A stretch of DNA of 62,398 nucleotides, filler included, from Globobulimina sp. (Eukaryota), in the NCBI GenBank assembly GCA_003354225.1. It is 28 parts of 28 records of this genome, joined end to end, with 100 filler letters (N's around TTAATTAATTAA, not from the genome) between each part and the next. Parts side by side here need not be neighbours in the genome. Positions count along the whole stretch, not along the records: positions 11,171 to 13,303 come from PIVH01008739.1; positions 13,404 to 15,536 come from PIVH01008740.1; positions 15,637 to 17,769 come from PIVH01008741.1; positions 17,870 to 20,002 come from PIVH01008742.1; positions 20,103 to 22,235 come from PIVH01008743.1; 23 more parts are not named here. One strand, written 5' to 3'. Positions 11,773 to 22,335 of the stretch are shown one piece after another (positions within the stretch are counted from its first letter, which is position 1; each line of letters starts with the position of its first letter). Below the pieces are notes generated by a model that saw only the letters and a list, made by a program, of their open reading frames with translations, had not been told where the DNA came from and searched no databases. Both the position numbers and the translations under genes were made by a program.

Positions 11773-12585
11773 ATGATCATGAAGTGTATTCTTACTTTAT
11801 TCTGTTTGATGTATTTATCATTGATTTATGCAGTAGACAGAGAGGATGACATTTACGAATCAAACTATTTACTTTATGTTCGGCTGCCCGACATCGACAC
11901 ACCATTCGCAATACAAGTATCAAGCAGTGGAAAAGTGTCAGAAATTAGAGATAAGATTATTAGAGATGAGATTATTTTGAGTTACATGAATTCAACAGCT
12001 TTTAACATAATCACAATGTTTGGTGGACAAAAATGTGATTTTAATGATGCGTTATCTGATTATGGAATTGGTGCGGGCACAGAAGTAGGAATTGAATATT
12101 GTGAATCCCAGGACTTATCAGAGCTTCACCAGATTGAATTTAGTGGGGAGTATGATTGGGACAAATTGGGACCAGCCATAGTCGAACAATTAAGTTCTTT
12201 TGAGGGTGAGAGAGCAGCAACCCGTATTTTTGCATTTTGGCATGGTACAATTAGCGTATGGTATATTCGTAAAAATGAGTATGGGAAATATCAATGTTTT
12301 TGGGATTATGATGGACAACTTGAAAATCCACCATACAAACGCAGAGATGAATTTCTCGAAGGTATTCCAGAGGAAAAACGCTTTTATTTACCATTTGATG
12401 ATACACATCAGATACCACCACCAGATTCGGAAAATGAATCGAAAAATATGCTGATTATCGGGTGCCTGTTGGGGAGTGTAAGTGTTGTGGCATTATCAAT
12501 GCTGGTTATTATATTTATATGTATGAAATGTGAATGTGAAAAGACATCAGCAGTGCAACCAAGCAACACTCCCAATACAGTGTAA
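11773..12585 (+). CDS. Type I membrane protein with a ubiquitin-like domain after the signal peptide
   Basis: Signal peptide, then LYVRLP...IQVSSSGKVSEIRDKI...MFGGQKC...DALSDYGIGAGTEV (Ubl pattern), then a C-terminal TM helix (LIIGCLLGSVSVVALSMLVIIFIC). Confidence 0.7.
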   Translation: MIMKCILTLFCLMYLSLIYAVDREDDIYESNYLLYVRLPDIDTPFAIQVSSSGKVSEIRDKIIRDEIILSYMNSTAFNIITMFGGQKCDFNDALSDYGIGAGTEVGIEYCESQDLSELHQIEFSGEYDWDKLGPAIVEQLSSFEGERAATRIFAFWHGTISVWYIRKNEYGKYQCFWDYDGQLENPPYKRRDEFLEGIPEEKRFYLPFDDTHQIPPPDSENESKNMLIIGCLLGSVSVVALSMLVIIFICMKCECEKTSAVQPSNTPNTV

Positions 12586-13015
12586 TTAATATTGTTGTTG
12601 TGTTTGATGGTAAAAATAATTGATTAAAGTTGTTAATTTTGACAGTAAATTGATTCTTTGTTTAAATTGTTTACTCATTAGACCCCAGTATCTTTTCCAT
12701 TTGTTTTTTAATTCCTTAAAAAATTACCCATTTCAAAAATGACAGACGCCATCAAATGACAGAGGGCCTCCGAATGTTGAAGAAACGTTGAATTTTTATC
12801 AACATTTAGGCGGCGAATTTGCAAACGCAAATATTGTGGCTTCCAGTTTCGATGATTACATTAATATTTTGCTCCTCGTGAAAAACAAGGGGATTGGAAT
12901 GGTATCCAAAAGGCAAAGCCAACAAATCTGTAAATTTAAGTTTAAATAGCAACAAACCGCAAAACAAAAATACTCACACAACAAAAAAACACTCATATAT
13001 ATATATATAATATAT

Positions 13016-13303
13016 TTAAATTTGTCGATTGTAATACATTGCTTGTGCCGGGGCAATATTCCCGCCGGGTTGGTATTGATTGGAATGGATTAATGGTTGC
13101 ATCACAACAACAGTTGGCTTGTTTGGTTGAAATGATTGTTGTAATTTGCTGTCTTTGTCTTCTTGCTTTTGTTTTTGAAACCACTCCACCTTTCGCACCA
13201 ATTTGACACTCCAAATGCAACTGAATAAGGACAACACTGCAATGACAAACATGGACACTACGATGCGAGACAAGGCCCCCAACACAGCACTACACATAAC
13301 TGC
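13016..13303 (-). CDS. 3' end of a membrane protein with a Q/P-rich tail
   Basis: Hydrophobic helix followed by a QP-rich tail; open toward the contig edge. Confidence 0.45.
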   Translation of the reverse strand, partial: AVMCSAVLGALSRIVVSMFVIAVLSLFSCIWSVKLVRKVEWFQKQKQEDKDSKLQQSFQPNKPTVVVMQPLIHSNQYQPGGNIAPAQAMYYNRQI

Positions 13304-13636
13304 NNNNNNNNNNNNNNNNNNNNNNNNNNNNNNNNNNNNNNNNNNNNTTAATTAATTAANNNNNNNNNNNNNNNNNNNNNNNNNNNNNNNNNNNNNNNNN
13401 NNNTGTGATAAAGAAAGCAGTTGATAAAGTTCGTTTTAATTTGGATGTATTAAAACAATATGTTTGTATGAAACAAATCGACTTTTTTGTAGCTGAATAA
13501 ATATTAATTGAAGCTATATTTTTAAATTCGTGTTTTTTGGCATTTGCTTGTAATGTTTAATATATTTTGATCATTGCCACCCTAATATCATAGATGTGCG
13601 AAGTATTGAAAAACATTTGTTATATAACTCTCGGAA

Positions 13637-15536
13637 ATGATTGCAGCCACTCTAGCAGCACCGGTTGCATTTGGCATGTATGGTAAATACAAATATGATG
13701 ATTACAAAAAAAAACCAATAAAAGAACAATTCGCATTGGAAAATGCCAACGCAGCATCCTTGTATTTTCCTCAAACTGTTACATTCGATGGAAAAATAGA
13801 CATATTAGATATCAAAGCTATCGATCCCAATCTTGTGGACAAACTCATTGATGAAACACCCAGCGATAACACACAAACTAACGACCATGACACCAATAAC
13901 AACGATGATAACACAGAGCAGAAAAATCCAGAAGAACAGACAACAAAACAACGTTTTCGATCGTTGAGCAAACAGGGTTTTAAATGGTTTAATAAAATGA
14001 AGGATGAAGCCACAAAAATGAAAGAAGAAGCAATTCAAAAAATTGATGAAGCTAAAAAAGAATATGACAATAAAAAAAAAGCAAAAACAGAACAACAATC
14101 AGAGGATAATATCGATAAAAAACAAGAAGAACAGGCAACACATTTTAGTGATAATGTCCATTTGCAACCGCAATTTGATATTCCTTCGTTTTTCAAACCA
14201 TATATAATTAACTCTGAAGTCGTTCGAACCGCACAAGATATACAAACTTTAATTGTATCGAACATGTCATTGCAATTTAAATGGAAACAATGTCAATGTT
14301 GCATCCATGAACATTGTATGTATGTATTACTGGACGATGATGAATGGAGATATCTATCATTTTATAATGATACCTTACAGTTTATTCCGTTAACTATAAA
14401 TTTACCAAACAGAAACCGCAATTTCTCATATTTTTATTTCTGTGATGAGAATAATTATTTAATTGGACGTTGTCTGGCAAATAATAACACTGAACACAAT
14501 TTTGTGAATGCTTTCATTGCATCGAAGACAGAGATCGTGACAAAAAATATTAATGTTACAGCACATTATAGAAAATTATGGATAATGAATGAAAATATGT
14601 TGAAAGCCAGGAAAGATACATTGGACAACAATGGTAACAACGCAGCAATATATCACCGGAATGAATTTGAATTAGATTTAAAATTATTAATCAAATCAGA
14701 GGCTGACATACGATCTGATTATTGGGGCAAATTTGAGGAGGTTTCTGTTTGCGATTTAACAAATTGTCAAAATAAATTTACTCGGTTTGCTGGCAAGCAT
14801 CATTGTTATATTTGTGGCAAAGTAATTTGTGACGAATGTGGCAAGAATAAGTTCACAAATCCTGTGAATAATTTGCAGCAAAGAGCTTGCAATGATTGTT
14901 TCAGTATTTTCTATCCAAAAATGAATGACAAAAATGATATTTTTAATTTAGATTTGCATGATTTATTAATTGAATATAATGATCGAAAAGAAAATGCATT
15001 CGAATGGGATGAGGAGGAAGAAAGTGTGATTTCTGAATGTGGCGTATTAAGTCATTGGATATATGACGGTCATTGTGATGATAAATTGATTGGAATGTTA
15101 GGCTTTAAACAGGTTGAATTGGTGCTGTATGGTCAAGAAAACCAACAGGTACAATATGCAATTGTCGAATCATTAAAGCACACAGATATTATTTATTTGG
15201 TATTTCGTGGAAGCTACGATTTTATGGATTGGATGACCAATTTCCAAACCAACCCATTGAAATTGAATGAGATTGGTTTTAAAGTACATTCTGGAATGTA
15301 TTGCGCTTTACAGCAACATGCTTTTGATATAATTATAAATAATTTATGTAAAAAAATCATAATTCCAACAGATAAACGGTTGATAATAACTGGTCATAGT
15401 TTAGGTGGTAGTTATTCATTGTTATCAGCAATGTATATATTATCACAAAAACAAAACAATTGCAATGTTTCATCGTATTTTTATCAGAAGGATAAGTTAA
15501 AAATAGTAACGTTTGGAGCTCCGTTGGTTTTACAGA
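13637..15536 (+). CDS. FYVE zinc finger plus class 3 lipase, 3' partial
   Basis: FYVE: W...C....C..KF...KHHCYICGKVICDEC...RACNDC. Lipase_3: LVFRGS...DWMTN, KVHSG, ITGHSLGG, VTFGAP. Confidence 0.9.
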
Positions 15537-15636
15537 NNNNNNNNNNNNNNNNNNNNNNNNNNNNNNNNNNNNNNNNNNNNTTAATTAATTAANNNNNNNN
15601 NNNNNNNNNNNNNNNNNNNNNNNNNNNNNNNNNNNN

Positions 15637-15936
15637 GATGCTGCACGGTATTAAACCAATTTTCCTGTTATTGTCGATAATGTCTAATTGTGCAATTAAT
15701 GTCGCAAACGATAATGCCGGACCAATACCACATTTATCCGGTTTGTCGTAATGTATTGGGTCTTTAGCTGGGATCCATTTGTTATTCGTGTCAAATGATA
15801 ATATCTCATGGCCATTTATTATCGTTTGAAATAAACCATTATTGTCATAAATATTTGTTGAGCGTCGTGATGCATCTTTGGGGAGATCACCACGTCCGGC
15901 CATGTTGGATTGACCTACTAACAGAAACACATCCAT
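15637..15936 (-). CDS. Carbohydrate esterase family 6 / sialate O-acetylesterase (SASA) protein, 3' partial
   Basis: VFLLVGQSNMAGRG, W.PAKDPIHYDK, GIGPALSFA, IGLIPC. Confidence 0.9.
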
Positions 15937-15993
15937 TCTCGTCGTTATTGGTGTATCAAAACAAATAAAAAAACTTTACTGTTATAATTCACA

Positions 15994-16700
15994 ATGCAAG
16001 ACGTCAAGGTTTGTTGTACCGCGTGCAGACCAAATAAATAATAAAATAAATTCCCGTGCACATAATGTTAAAAAAAGTGCGTAGTGGTTGGAGATGGAGC
16101 CGTCGGCAAAACCTGTTTACTCATATCGTACACCACCAATGATTTCCCAAAAGGTATTTAATTTTGCGATGAAGAATATAATATTTTGTTAGTAATTAGT
16201 ATAATAAAATAAAATAAATAAATGCAGATTATGTACCGACAGTATTCGATAATTATAACGCAACAGTAATGGTGGAAGGGCAACAAATCAATCTGGGCCT
16301 ATGGGATACCGCCGGCCAGGAAGATTATGATCGATTAAGACCATTATCCTATCCTCAAACCAATGTATTTTTAGTCTGTTTTAGCGTAATATCCAGAGAT
16401 TCCTTTGCCAATATTGCAGAGAAATGGATCCCTGAGATTACGCATCATGCACCGAGTGTGCCTAAAATATTAATTGGGACAAAATCTGATTTAAGACAAG
16501 ATTCTCAATTTAAATCGAATTTAGTTTCGGCTGAAGAAGCAATGGATAAACAGAAAGAAATTGGTGCTATAAAATATATTGAATGCTCTGCATTGACTCA
16601 AGAATGTTTAAAAGAAGTTTTTGATGAAGCCATAAAAGCCGCATTGGTTGCAATTAAAAAAAAGCAGAAAAAAACGAAAACTGGATGTCAAATTTTATAA
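15994..16700 (+). CDS. RAC: Rho-family small GTPase (Rac-like), 3 exons
   Basis: Exons 15994-16008, 16078-16153 and 16228-16700 give [53 protein letters not shown], a polybasic tail and CAAX CQIL. Confidence 0.97.
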
Positions 16701-16930
16701 AAAATGATTTAAATTCGTTATTATACAAATTGTAGATGGATACATTGTATGTTTTTAGCTTATTAAGTTTGTATCCTCCCACACTTTCCTTTGGGCTTTG
16801 TTGTTTTTTATTTTTTTTTGATGTAATTTACTTGTTTAATAGCTTCATCCTTACAGTTAATTTGTATTTATATCCTTGCACAAAAAGCTTTCATTTATAT
16901 AATACATTCGCAAATTGTCGTAAAATGAAG

Positions 16931-17389
16931 TTACAGCTTATTTTTCGGTTTTACATGCACAGTGTTGTTGTTTTTATGTTTGACGGCAAAAAGAAAAGCA
17001 TGGGAACCATCACAAAATGGCATTGCCTTTGATAGTCTACAACCACACAATAAATGTATCCCCTGCTTTTTAATTATTTTAAATTTTAGTGGTCCTTTAC
17101 CATTTTTTACATCATCAGTTGTATGAGAATGGTCACAAAATGGAAAATTATCACTTCGACCGCATCTGCAATAATCATATATTCCATTCAATTCCAAATG
17201 TCTACTAAATGGAAAATAGTATATTTTTGATTTTTTAGCATCACAATTCTTACATTTTTGTGCAGTATTCATTCCATACAAATCCTCAATATCAGCAACT
17301 CCGTTATCCATACATCCACCTTTCAGTATTATATGCGTTGTATTATTCGCCGTATTCTGTGATGTTGCTTCATCTGTAGCCATACACAT
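16931..17389 (-). CDS. CDGSH iron-sulfur (NEET) protein with two CDGSH motifs, CISD3-like
   Basis: CRCGRSDNFPFCDHSH and CGCRLSKAMPFCDGSH. Confidence 0.9.
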   Translation of the reverse strand: MCMATDEATSQNTANNTTHIILKGGCMDNGVADIEDLYGMNTAQKCKNCDAKKSKIYYFPFSRHLELNGIYDYCRCGRSDNFPFCDHSHTTDDVKNGKGPLKFKIIKKQGIHLLCGCRLSKAMPFCDGSHAFLFAVKHKNNNTVHVKPKNKL

Positions 17390-17869
17390 ATACTACGGCC
17401 TCTTTGGTATCTATCCTTGCACATTGTTTTTATAATATATTCACAGCACACACACTCAAAATCGAATAGCAACACAAAAAGATCGACAAAACAGTTAAAA
17501 AAAAATAAACAATGTTAGCTACAAATATGCCTACAATATTATCATGTAATAAATAAATATATTAAATTAATGCATTGCTCTTTTTTTAATTTTTTTTGCT
17601 TTTTTATTTTTTATGGTTTTCTTCTTAATTCGACAAATCATTAATTGTGCATCATTTTTATTGCAAGCATTGATAAGCCATTGCTCCTACAGTTGTATCC
17701 TTTTTTTCCCTCTGTACTCTGTTGGTTCTTTATTTCTTGAATCTAAGTCATACCACACATTATTTATACNNNNNNNNNNNNNNNNNNNNNNNNNNNNNNN
17801 NNNNNNNNNNNNNTTAATTAATTAANNNNNNNNNNNNNNNNNNNNNNNNNNNNNNNNNNNNNNNNNNNN

Positions 17870-18092
17870 TATTAGTACTAATATATATATGATCTATATA
17901 TGATTGCATAATATATAGAATCTAATCATATATAAATCATGTATAGATCATATATATATGATATTTTCATGAAATTATAAAAAAAAAATAATATATATTA
18001 TTCGAATTTTAAATATATAATAAGAATCCTAAGGGAAACTTCGCAGTCTAATATATATATTAGCTGTATAATATATAATATTAGTACTAATA
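17870..18092. repeat. AT-rich low-complexity region
   Basis: (TA)n runs; TATTAGTACTAATAT occurs twice. Confidence 0.6.
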
Positions 18093-18308
18093 TGCGTACC
18101 TCTTATCGGGAACACTACTGTACGACAAAAAATGATTCAACAAAAAATTTTAAATTTTTGTATTACATCATGGTACATAGAAATTTGGTCATATTTATGT
18201 ATGATCATATTCGCACATATGCCTACATATATCCGTACATAGAAATTTTGATCATATATCTGCCAACACCACAAAAAATCATGTTGCATATGCGAGCGAC
18301 TCGTCCGC

Positions 18309-18470
18309 GTTAGCCTAAGGGGAAGGTGTTTTTACACGCAAGCTATGCCCGACTTATCCTAAGGTGATTTGGTCGAGCGAGTCTCCCGAGTTAGCCTAAG
18401 GGGAATGTGTTTTACACGCAAGTTATGTCCTACTTAGCCTAAGGGAAAGTGCTCTTTTTTACACGCAAAA
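18309..18470. repeat. Degenerate tandem repeat of about 37-44 bp with a CCTAAGG core
   Basis: CCTAAGG at 18314, 18358, 18395 and 18438. TTAGCCTAAGGG...TTTTACACGCAA occurs three times. Confidence 0.8.
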
Positions 18471-18677
18471 CCCTCACCCTCACCTGATTTATCAAAATTT
18501 CAAATATTACCAAAATAAAATATTACCAATATGATCAATATTACCAATATGACCGGACAGGATCCCATTTTTTTTTTGGTAATATGTAAATTTTTTATCA
18601 TAGCGTCTTCATCTTATCTGATACATCACTGTATAACAATAATGACAGTGATGTACATAATATCAATTTCATACATT

Positions 18678-18787
18678 CCATTCCATCTCATCAGTCATCA
18701 CCGTAGGATTCGAACCTACATCCATTTGGTTTGTAATTCATTCAAACAAATGCATTTACCATTTTTGAAAAAGTAAATCTTGATGAG
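18678..18787 (-). mobile_element. tRNA-derived dispersed repeat (SINE-like or tRNA pseudogene), copy 1
   Basis: Minus strand reads AATGGTAAATGCATTTG...TTACAAACCAAATGGAT-GTAGG-TTCGAAT-CCTAC-GGTGATGA, followed by TGGAA-like repeats. 18695-18733 is identical to 40278-40316. Confidence 0.6.
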
Positions 18788-20102
18788 GCAATTTTAGATT
18801 GCTTTGAATCGGTTTCATATGAATTTAATACTTAACTGTGTTAAATTCATTAATGGAAAACCGATTCAAAGTTGGCAGACTAAAGCGTAAGTGTCATGTA
18901 ATTAACTTTGAAAGTATTAGCACTCAGAAAAAGTTAGTTAGCACTAGTCTAATAGTAGGTTGAAAACCACTCCAGTTAACCCAAAAACTTTGCTAATCGT
19001 TGAAATGAAACGAAACGAAACTAAGCCAAAAAATATGGTATTCCTTAAGTTTAGTAAGTGATGGCTAAGTAAGTAAGTAAGAACTTAGGTTAAGAATAAT
19101 ACAAAGAGGTTTTCAGTTATAGGGGGGTTTATTTTCTCTTTCTAATAAATAATATTTTGTTTAATAATATTTAGAATGAGATAATGCGACAATAATGAGC
19201 TGAAACTGTCTTCATCGTTAAATACGGCGAAACTGTTTTCATCATTAAAATTATGATAACTTGAACCAGTTCGATATTTTATGATTACGCAAATTCGCAA
19301 ACGATTGGATTCGATCGTCCGATATATAACTTGGAAACAACTAATAATTCGGGAACAAGATAATAATTCGGAAACAATGATGTCGAGATCAATTTATTTA
19401 TTTTAATAAGAACATTTCATGCATCTCATCGTAATTAAAGTGAGATTGCATCATCAATAACGAATTATTAATGGAGTTGAATTTGTTCGGGATTGTGTTT
19501 GCTAATTTGTTATACAAATCGAATTGTTTTTGGATTGTTATCGGCGATAATGAGGTTGGTTTTATTTGTTTCTCCTCACTCTCTCTTTTTATTTGTTTGT
19601 ATGTGTTTGATAATACACATAGTTTAGATTCGAGCGCTAAGATAAATGGTAAATATGGATAATACACATGGTAAATATGGATAAGATAAATGTTTTGAAG
19701 GTATCGAAGCGGTTTACTTCGAGGATATATTTTTGTTTTTCTTTATCTTGTTCCTCCACCGATAATTGATTAAAATTCGCATGAGCGGAAATTTTATCAT
19801 CAATAGCATGATTACGATAATTTATCCATGCCTGGACACGCGATCTTGGAATTTGTTTGATGACACAATCGATATAGAATTATAGTAACAGTTTTGTGTG
19901 TTCTTATAAACAGCTTACTACGGTGACATAAAAAATGTTATCCGTGTGTTATAAAAATTACATAAACAGCTTAATACGTCAACGATGTTGAACGTGTGTC
20001 ATNNNNNNNNNNNNNNNNNNNNNNNNNNNNNNNNNNNNNNNNNNNNTTAATTAATTAANNNNNNNNNNNNNNNNNNNNNNNNNNNNNNNNNNNNNNNNNN
20101 NN

Positions 20103-20227
20103 ACATGATTCGCGGGAAATGGGAGGCGCCGGAACTGAAGCGTCGCGCCATCGCTTTCTGGAACAAACACCGCGCGCTGGAAGACAAGACCATGGGTCGG
20201 CTCCGAGAAATGAAGGTCGAGGACAAG
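20103..20227 (+). other. Fragment of a bacteriophage terminase large subunit (C-terminal nuclease region)
   Basis: GC-rich segment translating MIRGKWEAPELKRRAIAFWNKH...LREMKVEDK. It stops just before the expected ASG..LIQ motif and switches to AT-rich DNA. Confidence 0.75.
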
Positions 20228-20733
20228 AAACAGAATCAAAACCGCCGGTTCGTAGAAGAAGAGTTGGAGTTGATATGCATTGTGAATTCCTATTTGAATG
20301 TATAGATAAGATACAGCCAAATATTACAGTGCATCCTAACGCAACGTCTCTTGCTGGCTCTAATGCAACAAGTGAGTCTTTTGGTGGTACTCTTTCCATT
20401 GCAACTATCGGCGGTGATGATTCCGATAGTGATGATTCCGATGGTAATCCATATCCACCAATATATTGTGAATCATGCGAAATGCCGAAACAATGGGCAA
20501 ATCCGAATGGGGGACGTTTAAATACCTCAAAAATCATAGCACATGGATTAATCCATTCTCGTACAAGCGAACATGCTAATTTTGCGGCCAAACTTCGTGG
20601 CAAATCGTATATGTTACCGAAACAAAATGCATTGCTTAAAACGGATTATTTACGGATACGGCAAGAAATTAAGAAAAAATTAAAAAAGAAAAAGAAATTA
20701 AAAATGAAGATTCAATCTAAAAAAGAAAAATAA
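20228..20733 (+). CDS. 3' part of a eukaryotic protein with a C2H2-like finger and Lys-rich tail
   Basis: YCESC...H...H....H followed by a KKKLKKKKK tail. The 5' end is lost at the junction with phage-like DNA. Confidence 0.5.
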
Positions 20734-21052
20734 ATACATGCTCAATATTATCAATCTATATCACGACTTAAAATGACGTGCTTATATTTATATTATCCTT
20801 TCGTGCTTTCGTTGTAACAAATTTTCTTTTTTCCTTTACTATTTTTATAAAAATATTACTTGTATTTTATGGTTATTATGTTTTCCTTTTTTTCTGCAGT
20901 ATTAAAGAATTACTATAGACAGACACAACAAATAAAGTGTTTTCGCTTAATACATCAATGAGGCTGATTTGTCACAAAGAAGAAAGCTGCAAATATGAAT
21001 CCAAGGTTAAGTCTTGCATTGTGATCCAAACAGAGCAACAATGAGCTATCTA

Positions 21053-22235
21053 TCATGTAGTATTGTGATCAGCAAAATGTCTCATGAATTTAGCACATGA
21101 TTTGATTGACTGATGAGGGATTCCGGTATACAAACTGACTCTCATTCCGCCAATGGATTCATCTCCTCGCAACTCTTGCAAATACCATTCATTTTCTGCT
21201 TCTTTGATAAACCTATATTCCAAAACACTATCAACTCGTTGTTGTTTATAATCATATATTCTAAAAGGTATATTCATCATAGATCTACAATCCGTATTAA
21301 TTTTATTCTCATAAAATGTCGGATATTCATCTATTATTTTATAAATAGTATTTGCTCTCCTTTTTACCCATTTTGCAACCATATCCATATCATATCCAAA
21401 CACCTCACCATAAACCTTCTGCATTATCAGATCTATCATATATAACTGGAATATTGCCGGTGTATTATATATACTGTGTGTTGGTGTACTGTTTGCGAAT
21501 GTGTTCCAATTTAAAATTGCGGGCATTCTATGCTGATTTTCTTTTGATTTTTCAATCAAATCTTGTCTGACAATGCATATACAAACACCAGACGGACCAA
21601 CATTGTATCCCGAACTTGCATAGATCATTCCGTATGATTCAATATCAATAGGTCGCGAAAACAGTGTTGAACTGAAATCCGCACAGATTGGCACTGCATG
21701 ACTTGCTAAATATGGATCTGTCAAAAATTCAATTCCATTGCTTATGTCATTTGCACAAAGATGAATATACTCACAATTAGGAGGTACGCGCCAATCGTCA
21801 ACATTTGGTATTGATACGCCATCTGTTTTGCAAATATCCGTTGTGTTTATAAATTTATTTGCTTCGTTTCGTGCTTTTTCGGATAAATATCCACTGTTTA
21901 CATAGCCGCCAATGGCTGACTTATTATCACAAAGATTCAAAGGAATAGCTGCAAATTGAGAATGTGCGTCGCCGTGCATGAAAAATATTTGATAATTTTG
22001 CGGGATATTTAATAATTTAGAGATTCGAAATGATAAATTTGTGATTAATTTTTGAACTTCACCTGTCTGATCAAGATGAGACATCTCAAATATACCCATT
22101 CCAGTGTCGTTATAATTGGTGAAGAACGTTTTCGTTTCTTGCAATACATTGAAATCAATTGCTGATGGACCTGAGCATAAATTAATGCTTCGGAAATTTG
22201 CTGCTTGCAATTCTTTGGCTGCTTTAACCTTTAAT
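21053..22235 (-). CDS. serC: Phosphoserine aminotransferase homologue lacking the catalytic Lys (probable pseudoenzyme), 5' partial
   Basis: NLCSGPS, FEMSH, QFAAIPLNL, ADFSS.LFSRPID, YNTP, RSMMNIPF and GGMRVSLY match PSAT along the full length. The PLP motif reads YASSGYNVGPSG. Confidence 0.9.
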
Positions 22236-22335
22236 NNNNNNNNNNNNNNNNNNNNNNNNNNNNNNNNNNNNNNNNNNNNTTAATTAATTAANNNNNNNNN
22301 NNNNNNNNNNNNNNNNNNNNNNNNNNNNNNNNNNN

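Noticed and set aside
18690-18787. Functional tRNA gene
   Set aside because: The D-stem 5' strand is disrupted and the anticodon arm has extra bases; the second copy lacks the 5' half. Treated as a derived repeat.
19398-19667. Possible C-terminal remnant of a DNA transposase (P..I..QKQFDLY.KL...IP)
   Set aside because: The resemblance is short and no catalytic core could be reconstructed upstream.
20119-20733. 204-aa ORF as one genuine protein
   Set aside because: Its first 36 or so residues are an alternative-frame reading of the phage terminase fragment.
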